Source of the DNA: a virus
Direction: 5' to 3' (one strand)
DNA: 64,000 nt
IMG/VR virus record: IMGVR_UViG_3300005563_000030
Location: 32,001-96,000 of that record
Positions 30,679-41,599 of this stretch are shown here, in pieces. Within the stretch, counting starts at the first letter, position 1. Each line of letters starts with the position of its first letter. Below the pieces are notes generated by a model. It saw only the letters and a list, made by a program, of their open reading frames with translations, was not told where the DNA came from and made no database searches. The position numbers and the translations under genes were made by a program.

Positions 30679-31137
30679 TTATATTCCTAGTTCTGTCTTA
30701 ATCGCACATATCTCATTCTTGAATAATGTAAGGATAGATATAAGCGAGTAGGTGTTTGTACCTTGCTGACATGGAGCAGCGGAAGGAGCCAAACATCCTA
30801 AATCAATTGTTATTAATTCGTTAGCTACATTAAGACTATTTAATTGTGTCTGAAGTGCTGTTACTGTTGCACTCAATGCACAGATCTTATCAGCATGAGC
30901 TTGAAGTATTGTCTTTACTGTTTTTGTAGTTGGTAAAGTACCACAAGTTAATGTTTGTGTAGCCATGTCTGTAGCTTGATTAAGATTATCTATTGCTATA
31001 GCAATCTTATCAAATACATCATTTATATCAGCGTCACATGCTGGTTGCTCATCTACTGATAAGAACTTTAAGTCTTTACCAGTAAACGGTATACAAGAAG
31101 AAGGTAAGATATTACCACATGAATATTTTCCAGGCAT
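30679..31137 (-). CDS. Cys-rich putative structural protein
   Basis: ORF in the structural operon; coiled coil plus Cys pattern. Confidence 0.5.
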   Translation of the reverse strand: MPGKYSCGNILPSSCIPFTGKDLKFLSVDEQPACDADINDVFDKIAIAIDNLNQATDMATQTLTCGTLPTTKTVKTILQAHADKICALSATVTALQTQLNSLNVANELITIDLGCLAPSAAPCQQGTNTYSLISILTLFKNEICAIKTELGI

Positions 31138-31139
31138 GA

Positions 31140-31304
31140 TTATTTTTGTTTTTTATAAAGAATCTTACAGATTTTCTTTATATTATTTTGATCGTTTATA
31201 AACTTCGCTTTCAAGAATTCTTCAGCTTTAAACCTACAATCATCTATCTCATACAAGTACTTACCTCGTATTCTTTCAGCGAAAGTGATTAGTTGTTGTT
31301 GCAT
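31140..31304 (-). CDS. Small hypothetical protein (54 aa), not in the ORF track
   Basis: MQQQLITFAERIRGKYLYEIDDCRF...KQK*; fills the gap between two operon genes exactly. Confidence 0.55.
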   Translation of the reverse strand: MQQQLITFAERIRGKYLYEIDDCRFKAEEFLKAKFINDQNNIKKICKILYKKQK

Positions 31305-31621
31305 AAGTTTAGTGCTGTAATTACGGTTATAAAGCTTTCGATTTCTTCTAGTTCTTTTTCAAAGTAGCAAGGTTTACTTGCATAGTTCTTGGCAGAAAGG
31401 AGATAGCTTACGTAGCTATTTATTTGTCTTGTTGTTATATTAGGTATTTGTGTGTAGAGCCCTTGAGTTCTAATGCAATTTACTTTATCTAACCACAAGT
31501 CAACCTGCTCCATTGTATACGGACATTCTGAATTTACTTGTATACTTAAAGTAGTCTGTATTGTTGGAGTTACTGTTCTAGCTAACCTAGTACTACTTCT
31601 TCCACATGTTGAGCATCCCAT
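31289..31621 (-). CDS. Hypothetical protein with MGCSTCG N-terminus
   Basis: ORF track; coupled to the upstream gene. Confidence 0.55.
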   Translation of the reverse strand: MGCSTCGRSSTRLARTVTPTIQTTLSIQVNSECPYTMEQVDLWLDKVNCIRTQGLYTQIPNITTRQINSYVSYLLSAKNYASKPCYFEKELEEIESFITVITALNLCNNN

Positions 31622-32172
31622 TATTTACAATTTTTATTGCAAATGCCTTCTTTTAATTCATTGATTAGCCTTTGCGCGGTTTGATAGAAGGAGTTAGCTT
31701 TCTTCTCATCTTTCTCTACCACAGCTTGAGCCCCAGTGATACAAGTATGTATTTCTACTAAGCTATACGATTTTATTCTATCTTCTTTGGTACTACAATC
31801 AGTGCTTTCTAATTGTAAGTAAAGATCATTTAGCTCCTTCTCTATCAGAGTGGTTCTAAAGTATTTCTTTACTATATAAGCATTTTCGTATGGACAGATT
31901 TTGTACTTGAAAGTATAAACACCATCTGGAAGATCAACTAGATATTCTTTATTCAGAATTTCTGTAAGTCCAATAGTATTAGAATTAAATGTATTTACTT
32001 TTCTAGCTACAACATTTACCAAGAAGTACTTATTGTAACCGGGAAGGGTAACTTCAAGAAGAGGCTTTTCAGGCTCTCTAAAATAATCAGATGAATCAAT
32101 AAAGACAAGAGTTTTTGGATTCCCCGTAGGGATTATTTCAAAATCCAATATATGTTGTCTAAATCCCTTCAT
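31621..32172 (-). CDS. Putative tail hub/structural protein
   Basis: DLPDGVYTFKY motif; structural-operon position. Confidence 0.5.
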   Translation of the reverse strand: MKGFRQHILDFEIIPTGNPKTLVFIDSSDYFREPEKPLLEVTLPGYNKYFLVNVVARKVNTFNSNTIGLTEILNKEYLVDLPDGVYTFKYKICPYENAYIVKKYFRTTLIEKELNDLYLQLESTDCSTKEDRIKSYSLVEIHTCITGAQAVVEKDEKKANSFYQTAQRLINELKEGICNKNCK

Positions 32173-32180
32173 AAAAAGTT

Positions 32181-32216
32181 AATGGCAGGCAGGTATTAGC
32201 ACCCACCTGCCATTTT
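32181..32216 (-). terminator. Stem-loop after the capsid-associated gene
   Basis: AATGGCAGG...CCTGCCATT inverted repeat. Confidence 0.5.
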
Positions 32217-32236
32217 ATTAAAGATGAATAATGGTA

Positions 32237-34123
32237 TTAGTCTAAGTCTATCTCTACATCATTACCAACACTTTCAGCGTAAGTAACAAGAGCTTGTTGT
32301 AAAGCTCCACCAGAACCTTCTGGTACGTAGATAGCCCAATGATAAGAGTCAGTGTAAGTTTGTGACCATCCACCTACCTTATAAGAGAAGTCAAACTCAA
32401 TAGTAAACTGATCGTAGTAAGTTTGAGGGTTAGTTTGAAGAGCATAACCTTCAGCTTCACGTACAGCAGGATCTACTGATCTTTCTTCTAAGAAGTAGGA
32501 TAGAGATTTCTTTTCTTCATCACGAACACGAGCACCAACACCTTGAGGATATTTAACACTCTGTATTTCGCTTACTGGCCATCTATTCTCACAAGGACTA
32601 GCGTTGTAGTCAGCGTTGTATTCAGAAACTTGTAAGTGAATAGTATCAGCTTCATAAGGGAAATAGTCATAAGTACAATCTCCAGTGATACGATTTACAA
32701 ATGCTGTTTCGATTAACACACCAGCTTGGATATTTGTAGCAGGAGTTACTGCTGCTTCAACCCATTGAGCATTTCCAAAAGAAGGAATTGGTGCATAAAC
32801 CAGTTCATCTACAGCACAATCTACAGCAGCAGGAGCAGAAAGGATTGTAGTAGTGTATTGGTGAATACAATCTACTGGACCATCAGCTTCTTGTGTAATT
32901 GTAAGATCAGGATAGTAAGCCTGTAATTCGGCAAGACGAGAAGTACCACAAACTGTATCTTGTAGAGTGATATGATATGTTTTAGGGAAAGCAAACAGAT
33001 CACCTACGTCAGACCATGCAGTAGTAGTTGGAGTAGTTAATACACAACGACCTTTAGCAGCACCTAAGAATTGAATACTATCATTAGCACCTATTGCAGC
33101 TTGGTTAGCAGTATTAGATATTAAGATGTAAGTTGATAAACCATTAGGAGCATCACGTAATACACGAGTTGTACTTTCACCAGCAGCAGAGATACCGTAG
33201 GCAGTGCTCACAGCGGTTAAGGCAGTACCATCACCTGCGTCAGCACGTACCAGTACGTAAATATAACCAGCAGCATTAGAAGTGTAACCAGCAGGACAAG
33301 TACCGCAATCATTGATTACGAACAATCCGGCATTAGTGAAGTTAGCAGGAGCACCACCAGTTTTGATAATCTGATAAGTACTGATGATACCATCACGAGA
33401 AATACGTGTTACACTTTGTCCAACATACTGTACTTGTACAGCAGCCAGAGAAGCATCGTCACCGTTGTCAGCGATAGCTAAGTTGTAAACGTTGTAAGTA
33501 GTAGCACCAGAAGTGTCCAGAGCTGAACTTAACACCTTACGAGCACGGAATAGTTGACCACCACCAGCGCTCCATTTAGGATCGTTGTTGATCTTCTCAA
33601 CCAGAATGTCAGCCAGAACTGAAGGATCTACGTCTGCACAAGAATCTCCACCACACTCATCGCAGCAACCTGTGTCGATACGATATTGACGGATGAAACC
33701 TTGATTGTTATAAAGTTTGTCAATTGGGTTACCTGTTGCTTTAACATACACTGTACGAACTTCACCGCAACGAGCAGATAAAGTTTTAGTTGTGTCAATA
33801 CCATCGAAACCTACAGCTACAACTTGGTTCTGACCACGAGAAGCTGATTTACGACGGATTTTCTTCAACAGTTTACCTTTAACCAACTTAGAAAGTTGAT
33901 TAGTTTGTGGGATTCCAGCCATTAAAGGCAAGTGACTTACATCGGGCATCCCTTGACCGATGTAGAGTGCTTTGTTATTCGCATAAGTGGGAGCTGAAGT
34001 AGCTGCGTAGGTATTTCCATCGAAAATACCAACTTGGCCTACTGCGAGATCCACGGTTGTACCTGATGCGAGTAAGACAGGAGTGTTTGTTACAAACACG
34101 CGTCTAAACGATTGATTCTGCAT
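32237..34123 (-). CDS. Auxiliary capsid/structural protein (crAss gene-74-like)
   Basis: Strongly biased codon usage like the MCP; downstream of the capsid cluster. Confidence 0.6.
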   Translation of the reverse strand: MQNQSFRRVFVTNTPVLLASGTTVDLAVGQVGIFDGNTYAATSAPTYANNKALYIGQGMPDVSHLPLMAGIPQTNQLSKLVKGKLLKKIRRKSASRGQNQVVAVGFDGIDTTKTLSARCGEVRTVYVKATGNPIDKLYNNQGFIRQYRIDTGCCDECGGDSCADVDPSVLADILVEKINNDPKWSAGGGQLFRARKVLSSALDTSGATTYNVYNLAIADNGDDASLAAVQVQYVGQSVTRISRDGIISTYQIIKTGGAPANFTNAGLFVINDCGTCPAGYTSNAAGYIYVLVRADAGDGTALTAVSTAYGISAAGESTTRVLRDAPNGLSTYILISNTANQAAIGANDSIQFLGAAKGRCVLTTPTTTAWSDVGDLFAFPKTYHITLQDTVCGTSRLAELQAYYPDLTITQEADGPVDCIHQYTTTILSAPAAVDCAVDELVYAPIPSFGNAQWVEAAVTPATNIQAGVLIETAFVNRITGDCTYDYFPYEADTIHLQVSEYNADYNASPCENRWPVSEIQSVKYPQGVGARVRDEEKKSLSYFLEERSVDPAVREAEGYALQTNPQTYYDQFTIEFDFSYKVGGWSQTYTDSYHWAIYVPEGSGGALQQALVTYAESVGNDVEIDLD

Positions 34124-34146
34124 CTGTTGTTATTGTTTTAAAATTA

Positions 34147-34821
34147 TTATTTTTTTTCTGCTAATATACGATCTTGAGCGAGTTGAAATCCTTCAGGATT
34201 TTCATATCTTCTTATAACTTCTCTTACGCAACGGTTTAAGATTTCATCAACATAAGTATCTGAAAGATCAGGATTCTTATTAGAAGAAGGTGTACCATCG
34301 AGTTTGATATATCCTTCGATGTCAATATCACCTACTGCTCTATAGTAAGATGCGAATACCTTATCTATATTAAAATCTTTTTTGTATACAAAGAGCTTAT
34401 TATCAGACAAATCTACGATAGTTTCTTCAAAGTCTAAAGAGGGCTGAGTATTAGTGCTCTCTAATAGCATATTTTCATTCTTAGGCTTAAATGGAATATT
34501 CCTAATTATGATACTTGGGCAATTAGTGCTAGAGCAGTAAGAATAAGAACTTATATAGTTGAAGAAATTATCAGGTAGGGCGAAAACATCAAACTCTACG
34601 TCGCTATATAAACGTTCTAATTCTTTACGTTTAATTTGTACCTCTTGAAGATCTTGGACATTATCTGAAGATTGATATTTTTCTATCTTTTCTTTAAGCC
34701 ACGCATCCTTCTGTTCACGATATAGAAGTACAAATTCACCTTTGTTAATATCAACGTCGGTGTTTGTATCATTCTTATTTACCTTGAGCTGAAAAGATTT
34801 GAAAGCTTCAATAGATGTCAT
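34147..34821 (-). CDS. Putative head-tail ring protein
   Basis: FALPDNFF and YYRAVGDIDIEGY motifs; synteny. Confidence 0.55.
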   Translation of the reverse strand: MTSIEAFKSFQLKVNKNDTNTDVDINKGEFVLLYREQKDAWLKEKIEKYQSSDNVQDLQEVQIKRKELERLYSDVEFDVFALPDNFFNYISSYSYCSSTNCPSIIIRNIPFKPKNENMLLESTNTQPSLDFEETIVDLSDNKLFVYKKDFNIDKVFASYYRAVGDIDIEGYIKLDGTPSSNKNPDLSDTYVDEILNRCVREVIRRYENPEGFQLAQDRILAEKK

Positions 34822-34832
34822 TCTTTATTATT

Positions 34833-35720
34833 TTATCCGAACATACGCTTCTCTTCCAGTTCTTCCTTAATAGAAGCGAATTCGTTGGCATTTTCTGGAG
34901 AACTTAAGAACTTGATTACGTCCTTCATATTCTTACCATAAGTAGCATTACCACGTTGGTAATAGTTATCTCTAATACGGATTACGTGTTTAGCTACAGC
35001 TTCATCAATGATTAATTTGTATTGCAGTTCTTCAATTGTCTTAGAAGTCGCTTCATTGAATCTACGTAGAATAGTACCTTCCTTATCATTAGTAAGACTT
35101 TCTCTGAGTATATTATAAATGGCGTCAGCACTCATTGAGTCTTTCACCTTGGTACCATGGACATATTTACCAATTACTACCAGTTTATTTTTATTCTCAG
35201 CCATGTTGTACAATGCTGCAATAGCCTTGTCACGTTCCTTACTCTTAATCGCTTTTGAGCCTTCTTCTGTTTCAGATCTGTGAACATAGAACTTAGTATT
35301 AGCAAGATCAGGATTATTACGTGCATCCAGTTCAGGAGCAGCATAATCGTTAGCTAATAAAACGTAGTACTTTATACGATCTGTAGCAAGGTCAAAATTA
35401 AGACCAAGTTTATCTATAATCTTTATGTAGTATGTGTCCCAGTACTTGGAAGTAGCAGAAAGGTCTAAGTTTGTCAGACGTTCCAACTCTTGTCTAAGTT
35501 CAAGAATTTCTTCTTTACGTTCAGCACGTAATACTGGATCATTAATACGATTTACTGAGAGAGCATTTTCATCAAGACCTGTAACCCATCTACCATCAGG
35601 GGTACGACCGGGTTGCATGATTTCAAATGTAGTAGGAAATTTACTCCTATTATATTTATCCAATCCTATTGATTGGGCGCTTTGGTCAGGAGTTTGTTTC
35701 ACTTCAATTAATGTACTCAT
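34833..35720 (-). CDS. Conserved crAss capsid-module protein (gene-75-like)
   Basis: GRWVTGLDE motif; immediately downstream of the MCP. Confidence 0.6.
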   Translation of the reverse strand: MSTLIEVKQTPDQSAQSIGLDKYNRSKFPTTFEIMQPGRTPDGRWVTGLDENALSVNRINDPVLRAERKEEILELRQELERLTNLDLSATSKYWDTYYIKIIDKLGLNFDLATDRIKYYVLLANDYAAPELDARNNPDLANTKFYVHRSETEEGSKAIKSKERDKAIAALYNMAENKNKLVVIGKYVHGTKVKDSMSADAIYNILRESLTNDKEGTILRRFNEATSKTIEELQYKLIIDEAVAKHVIRIRDNYYQRGNATYGKNMKDVIKFLSSPENANEFASIKEELEEKRMFG

Positions 35721-35806
35721 TATTTGTTTGGTTTTGAGGCATTACGCCAATAAGTTAAAAGAGAGTTGTTAGGCACAACTCTCAAAGCCAGTAATTATAA
35801 TCAAGA

Positions 35807-37435
35807 TTAAGACAACGTTCTTTTCTTCTCGATGATTACAGAACGAGTAGCGTCCTTCAGCCAGATAGAACTCATGTTCTTCATCCAGATGGCATAACCA
35901 TCACGTTGAGAGCTAGAGTAGATTGGACCTTTAGTACCCAGCGGAGAGTGTGTACCCAGTTCGTAACCCCAGATAGTATCTGAGTAACCTTCTGTTTTAA
36001 TCATCACCAAGTTAGAAGCGCTGTTAAAGCCATCTTCTACACGGTAATCAACTTCACGGATTTTACCAGCAGCGTTTGAAGTACCACCATCAGTAATATC
36101 TAAGATCATCAGAGTGTAAGACTCGATTGGGAATTCACCAATCAAACCGTCTTGAACACGATTGTAGTGGTTATCAAGAGCAGGGTTATACTCGAAAACA
36201 ACTTCACCAGCTACAGGGAAACGCTTAGATGTGAATCTGAATCCATAGCCCAGATTCATAGAGTTACCATATAAGTAACCTTTAACATCACCAGCAGTAA
36301 CCAAGAACGGATTTTGGTGTTTGAAGTCGTCAGCCAGTAATTTGCTGATCTCAATCATGGCACCAGTACCAACCATGATTTTAGTTCTACGTTGTTCAAA
36401 TGGAACACCTGAATTGTAGAATAAGTTAGAAAGAGTTTCTTCGATGAGAGCCAGTGTAAGGTTTGTGTATTGTACACGGTTACCATTTCTCATTTGCTCA
36501 TATAAACCAGTGTTTACACGAACAGAACGATTACCAGAACCAGTTACGATACCACCTTTGTTCCACATCAAGTCTTTTTCTTCCATCATTTTCATCTCAG
36601 CCCACAACATAGCTTCAACACGGTTCATCCATTTAGTAGAACCTGGAATACGATTACCATATTGGTCTTTGTTGAAGAATACAAGAGTAGAGTTGTTTCT
36701 ACGAAGGTCAGAGTATTGGTTCAGATAACCATAACGTGGATCACCACCGTCAACCTTCAGCATGTCAGCGTAAGCAGTAATCCAGTGGTAAACTGAACGT
36801 CCGCCTCCAAGTTGCATTTCGAGGTCCAAAGAACCTTGACGCAGCCAGATGCTAGATTTTTGAGTGTCGTTCTCACCGTTTACGTTAGTGATCTTACAGA
36901 ACTCTGTACCGGGTTGTAAGAAACGTTTAGGGAAAGACTTAGTCTTGTTAGAAGTAGGTATTGTTACTGTGTATACCCAACCGTCACTTTCTTCATAAAT
37001 TTCGTCTTCTGTAACGTAGAGGGTAACACCATCACGATAGTCGTAGGTAATAATGTCTGTATTAGTGAAACAGTTCTCACTAAGTTTGATCTTGAACTTC
37101 TGTCCGTCGATACCGGGACGTTCTACGTCACCAGTCATATCCTCTACTACATAGGGCATACCTAAGTCGTAAGGAATGCTATAACGGAATTTACCTTCAG
37201 CACCATTTACATAGGTTACAGAGTTGTTCATCTCAGTAAGAGAGATCAACGGAGTGTTCATCAGTTTACGCTGATTCCACAGATAGATCATACCCTTGTA
37301 AGTAGTGAAAGAATCTTTCTTGTACAGGCTATAAAGACTGTTCAAGTCGGTAAACTTGTTCACATCAAACTTAGTCTGGCCCACAACTACGGAGTTGTTA
37401 AAACCTGTCAGACTTGGTGTTTGAATCTTTGGCAT
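35807..37435 (-). CDS. Major capsid protein
   Basis: PGIDGQKFKIKL, FLQPGTEFCK and GLYEQMRNGN motifs of crAss-like MCPs; biased codons. Confidence 0.85.
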   Translation of the reverse strand: MPKIQTPSLTGFNNSVVVGQTKFDVNKFTDLNSLYSLYKKDSFTTYKGMIYLWNQRKLMNTPLISLTEMNNSVTYVNGAEGKFRYSIPYDLGMPYVVEDMTGDVERPGIDGQKFKIKLSENCFTNTDIITYDYRDGVTLYVTEDEIYEESDGWVYTVTIPTSNKTKSFPKRFLQPGTEFCKITNVNGENDTQKSSIWLRQGSLDLEMQLGGGRSVYHWITAYADMLKVDGGDPRYGYLNQYSDLRRNNSTLVFFNKDQYGNRIPGSTKWMNRVEAMLWAEMKMMEEKDLMWNKGGIVTGSGNRSVRVNTGLYEQMRNGNRVQYTNLTLALIEETLSNLFYNSGVPFEQRRTKIMVGTGAMIEISKLLADDFKHQNPFLVTAGDVKGYLYGNSMNLGYGFRFTSKRFPVAGEVVFEYNPALDNHYNRVQDGLIGEFPIESYTLMILDITDGGTSNAAGKIREVDYRVEDGFNSASNLVMIKTEGYSDTIWGYELGTHSPLGTKGPIYSSSQRDGYAIWMKNMSSIWLKDATRSVIIEKKRTLS

Positions 37436-37458
37436 TGTTTAAATTTTAATTTTTAGGT

Positions 37459-38742
37459 TTAAATATTTCTCTTTGGAACGCCAAAGTCAAAACCTGTGAC
37501 CTTGTCATTCTTTCTTATTTGTTCGTAAGATGAACCTTTTTTGTTGCTTACTGCGCCATTACCTTTAATGAAATTGTAAGCGTTTGCTGTAGCTTTATTT
37601 TTTTCTCTAGTTGCTACACGTTCGTTGTATTTAGCTTTGTCATTTACAAACATTACTAACTCAATATAGTCAGCAGGATTAGTTTGCATCTTAGCAAAGT
37701 TTACGTAGAACTTATTTACTAGATTACCATTTGGTAATTTCTGATCGTAACGTAAAAGTTGATCTTCTACCATTTTCTTTTCAGTAGGAGTAAGATCTTT
37801 ACGTTCCTTAATAGCAGAGCGAATGTTTGTTTCAAATGCTTGTTCTGCTTCTTTTTGACGTTGAACGTGATCTTCACGCTCTTTACTTAAACGACTTACT
37901 TCTTTTTGATAGTAAGCATTAAAGTGATCTTTTACTTCTTTAGCTTCGTCTTCAAGTTCATTTGAAAGAACTAAGTTAGAAATGAATTTATCAGCCTTCT
38001 CAGGTTTCCATCCCATTACTTCTGTGTAATAGTGTTTGATAATTCCTTTCTGACCGTCGATATTATCAATATCAATTGAATTCAATTGTTTCTGTTCTTT
38101 GAAGAGGTCGATTACTTCGTCTGGATTTCCACCATTCTTAGCAAACTCAATGATAGCTTTACCATAAGGTCCAGTACTATCTACCATCTCCTCGAACATA
38201 CTTTGTAGACGACGAGTATCTTGTTCAAGAACTAATTTAGCGTAGGTTTCTTCATCCAATTCGAGCTCTTCGCGACCTTCAAAGTCTTCCCAAGCTCCTT
38301 GCTGGATTAGGTAATCCATAGTGTTTTTTAGAACTGAGAGAACTCCTGTTTTTTCTTCCTGAGCCTGCTCTTGTTTTTCAGCACGCTTAGATTTTTTAGG
38401 CTTGTCTTCATCTTCAACTTCTTCATCCTCATCTACCTCAGCTTCTTCGTTCTCGTTGTAGTCATCAAATTCTTCAATATCTGTATCGGCAAATTCATCT
38501 TCAATGACATCTTCTTGTCTAGCTTTAGGTTGTTTAGGTACAGCCTCTTTCTTTTTCTTTTGAACTGGTACTTCTTCTTCAAATTCTTCATCATCTTCTA
38601 CTTCAGATTGAGCCTGTTTAGAAGGTTGACGCTTACTTCCAAGAAGTGTCTCAGCGTTTACTGTTTTATCTGGAGTTTCGTCAAACAATTGATCTAACGC
38701 GTCTTCCGAGATGTCAACAATTCTTGTTTCTAGTCCATCCAT
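37459..38742 (-). CDS. Acidic scaffold-like protein (crAss gene-77-like)
   Basis: Very D/E-rich N-terminus, lies between portal and MCP. Confidence 0.65.
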   Translation of the reverse strand: MDGLETRIVDISEDALDQLFDETPDKTVNAETLLGSKRQPSKQAQSEVEDDEEFEEEVPVQKKKKEAVPKQPKARQEDVIEDEFADTDIEEFDDYNENEEAEVDEDEEVEDEDKPKKSKRAEKQEQAQEEKTGVLSVLKNTMDYLIQQGAWEDFEGREELELDEETYAKLVLEQDTRRLQSMFEEMVDSTGPYGKAIIEFAKNGGNPDEVIDLFKEQKQLNSIDIDNIDGQKGIIKHYYTEVMGWKPEKADKFISNLVLSNELEDEAKEVKDHFNAYYQKEVSRLSKEREDHVQRQKEAEQAFETNIRSAIKERKDLTPTEKKMVEDQLLRYDQKLPNGNLVNKFYVNFAKMQTNPADYIELVMFVNDKAKYNERVATREKNKATANAYNFIKGNGAVSNKKGSSYEQIRKNDKVTGFDFGVPKRNI

Positions 38743-38773
38743 TGTATTAATTGGTTTTATAAATTACAGAATG

Positions 38774-38781
38774 CAAACTTA
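38774..38781 (-). promoter_or_regulatory. -7 element TAAGTTTG (capsid operon)
   Basis: TAnnTTTG in the portal-scaffold gap. Confidence 0.6.
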
Positions 38782-38839
38782 GATAATTATTTATGATTAC
38801 ACAAATCACGACACCATACTCACTAATACATAGCATTTC

Positions 38840-41524
38840 TTACTTTTTCTTCTTCGCAGGTGTCTTCTTATCGTATTTGTTTTTGTTTATTTTGGCTACT
38901 TTTACTTTTTCATTCTCTATTTTTTCACGTACAGCTAGCTCTTGTTGCTTCAAATTTAACTCACGAAGTTTGGTTTGATTGTCAAGAATTGCCTTCTCTC
39001 TTTCAAATTGTTGCTTCTCTCTTTGAAGCTGAACTTGAGATTGTTGAGCATCTACTTGTACTGAAAGTTTATCATATTCTAATAAGTCAGGTATTCCATC
39101 ACCATCCTCGTCAGCGTTGTTATCTTTCTGACGAGAGAAGCTATTGATGTAAGCAATCTGAACTTTGTTTTCTCTATCAAGCTGTTTCTGTTCAGCCTCG
39201 AATTCCATTTTAGCTTGCTCGATTTGTTTCTCTGTATCAATCTTCTGCTGTTCCATTTGCATTTGTTGTTGATACTTCTCTTCATTCTTAGCCATTGCTG
39301 TTTCAAGTTGAATCCTAATTTCAGCAGGACTATTAGAAGTGATAACAGTAGCAAGGTCTAATGGAGTGGCTCCTACATTATTATTAGTCATGAATAATTG
39401 ACGTAACATTTCAAGTTGACGAACATCTTCTTGAGAGTTTGATACATAAACATGCAGGTCTGCTAATAATAGGTCAATTCCATTCATCTTTATCCAAGCT
39501 CTGCTCATATCACTTTTAGCATAAGTGATGGTGATGTCTTGTTCTTTAGATTGAACGTATTGAGCTATATCCAGATTCATCTTAAGAGTACGTTTCTTAT
39601 ACTCAGCAAATCTAGTGAAGTAAGATTCTGTTTGAGCAAAAGACTGTGTTACAGCTTGCTGAGTACCTGTTGCTGTTTCAGAAGCAGCTACATTACCTAA
39701 CCTTTGCGGAGTAATACCTACTTGAGATAACGCACGTTGCTCAAAGAACTCCATTAATTTAGCTCTTGACATCATACGTGCAGACTCATCTAAGTCTACT
39801 TCTCTAGGCATTGTATTGGAGATGTTAGCTCCTTTAAGATTCTGGGGAGAAGTGTCAACAAAGGTCATACCAAGACTCTTGGCTACTAATAAGAACTTCT
39901 CATAACTATTCTCTCCACCCCAATCTTTCATACCAGTAAGCATGTTCACATCCATAATAAGGAATCTACCTACTTCACGTTGCATGATCTGATAGAGCTG
40001 GTTAGCAGCTACATTAAAGCCAATCTGCCATGGTTTCATCAAGTCCACTAAGGACATTGATTGAGCGTTACGATTATTAAATATCTGACCGCAAACTGGA
40101 AGTTTACAGTAGTAAGGATTATTATCTCCTTTAAACTGAAATGGAAGTGGAGCTACATCAAAGAATAAGTCATCTTCCATCTGAGTTCCATGCTTACATA
40201 TCTTTTTACCTTTCCATGTTTCATTTACCCATGTCCAGCAAACAGTATTTACAGCATTGTCATTATCGTAAAATGAAGAACTAACTTCTTTAAATCCTTC
40301 TGGTAAAACAAATGTTTCATCTACAAGCCCCTTAGTCATCATTCCAGTTTCAGGGTCAACGTAGCATATTTGTCCCACCATTCTTTGGGATTTCCAATAA
40401 GCCTCTACTACTTTTAAATAACCTCTAGTGTTTAAGTAGAAAGGATTATGTTCTGACATTTCTGTTAAGAAGGTGTCATCAAGAGTTGGAATTGGAGCAG
40501 CAGGATTAAATCCAAAAGCATCGGTCATTATCTTACCATCAGGATAGTTTTGATATGGAACAATTGATCCATAAGGAATTCCATATCCATCGCGTCCTAC
40601 TTCTTTACCAATAACATCACGTTCTTTCTCAAGTTTCTTGAGTTGTTTCTTTGTAAGAAGATGTCCGTAGCGATCAACAATATCTGAGGTAGTAAGGAAA
40701 AGAATACGTCCAACATAGTCTCCATTTTCAACTTCTGGAATTTCAGGAGACTTGTGGAAGAAAGTATTAACTGGGTTCCAAGTTTCTTGGTTATACCCAT
40801 TTGAAGTAAGGTAGTAGTGTCTGAAGCATCTATCAGCGACAAGCATATCCTCAAACTCCACTCTCTCCTTTTCAGGAATATTAAAGCGATGTCTGTCAAG
40901 CTCAATTTGGTGTTCACCCCAAATCTCAGCAGCATCTTGCCACTTATACTTCATATATTTCTCAATCTCTGGTGGAGTGAGAGCTTGACGTTGTTGTTGA
41001 ACTTCTTGTTGGTATTGTTGTGCTTCTTCAGGAGATTGAAAGTCTTGCTTGTTAGGGTCATATCCCATTTCTGATAAGCGAAGATCTATCTCCTTTTGAA
41101 TATCTTGTGCGACATACTCAGTAAGTAATCGCGATTTTTCACGTATATAGTTATTTGAGGTATTTTCATCAAACCCTTTGACACGGAAATTATCTGGACG
41201 CTTTTGAAATTCACCTGATAAGGTGTTGATTACCTGCGAGATAATATCATAATGACGTAAATAGTTTGGAATCTCAAACTCCCTTGATAATTGGTGTACC
41301 ATATCAGCATACTCATCTTGTTCAAGATAGTGTCTGAATATGAATCTACCTTTTATCATCTCATAGTTCTCTATTAAATAGAGATTATGAAGATATTGAA
41401 AGCTTCCTATGTTCTCTAAAGCATTTAGAGTGTCTTCCTTCCACGCATCTGTTTTCTTCGACAGAGGAATCATCTGTTGCGGAAGGCTTACATTAGGGTT
41501 TATATTAGCAAATGAACTTACCAT
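38840..41524 (-). CDS. Portal protein
   Basis: LRHYDII, SLVDLMKPWQI and GITPQRLG motifs, C-terminal coiled coil with DEDGDGIPD; adjacent to terminase. Confidence 0.85.
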   Translation of the reverse strand: MVSSFANINPNVSLPQQMIPLSKKTDAWKEDTLNALENIGSFQYLHNLYLIENYEMIKGRFIFRHYLEQDEYADMVHQLSREFEIPNYLRHYDIISQVINTLSGEFQKRPDNFRVKGFDENTSNNYIREKSRLLTEYVAQDIQKEIDLRLSEMGYDPNKQDFQSPEEAQQYQQEVQQQRQALTPPEIEKYMKYKWQDAAEIWGEHQIELDRHRFNIPEKERVEFEDMLVADRCFRHYYLTSNGYNQETWNPVNTFFHKSPEIPEVENGDYVGRILFLTTSDIVDRYGHLLTKKQLKKLEKERDVIGKEVGRDGYGIPYGSIVPYQNYPDGKIMTDAFGFNPAAPIPTLDDTFLTEMSEHNPFYLNTRGYLKVVEAYWKSQRMVGQICYVDPETGMMTKGLVDETFVLPEGFKEVSSSFYDNDNAVNTVCWTWVNETWKGKKICKHGTQMEDDLFFDVAPLPFQFKGDNNPYYCKLPVCGQIFNNRNAQSMSLVDLMKPWQIGFNVAANQLYQIMQREVGRFLIMDVNMLTGMKDWGGENSYEKFLLVAKSLGMTFVDTSPQNLKGANISNTMPREVDLDESARMMSRAKLMEFFEQRALSQVGITPQRLGNVAASETATGTQQAVTQSFAQTESYFTRFAEYKKRTLKMNLDIAQYVQSKEQDITITYAKSDMSRAWIKMNGIDLLLADLHVYVSNSQEDVRQLEMLRQLFMTNNNVGATPLDLATVITSNSPAEIRIQLETAMAKNEEKYQQQMQMEQQKIDTEKQIEQAKMEFEAEQKQLDRENKVQIAYINSFSRQKDNNADEDGDGIPDLLEYDKLSVQVDAQQSQVQLQREKQQFEREKAILDNQTKLRELNLKQQELAVREKIENEKVKVAKINKNKYDKKTPAKKKK

Positions 41525-41541
41525 ATTTAGTATTAAACCAG

Positions 41542-41549
41542 CAAATATA
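41542..41549 (-). promoter_or_regulatory. -7 element TATATTTG (portal)
   Basis: TAnnTTTG consensus. Confidence 0.6.
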
Positions 41550-41599
41550 AGAAATAATTACATCTTATTTTTTTATGTAATCAAAATAATACATTACTA

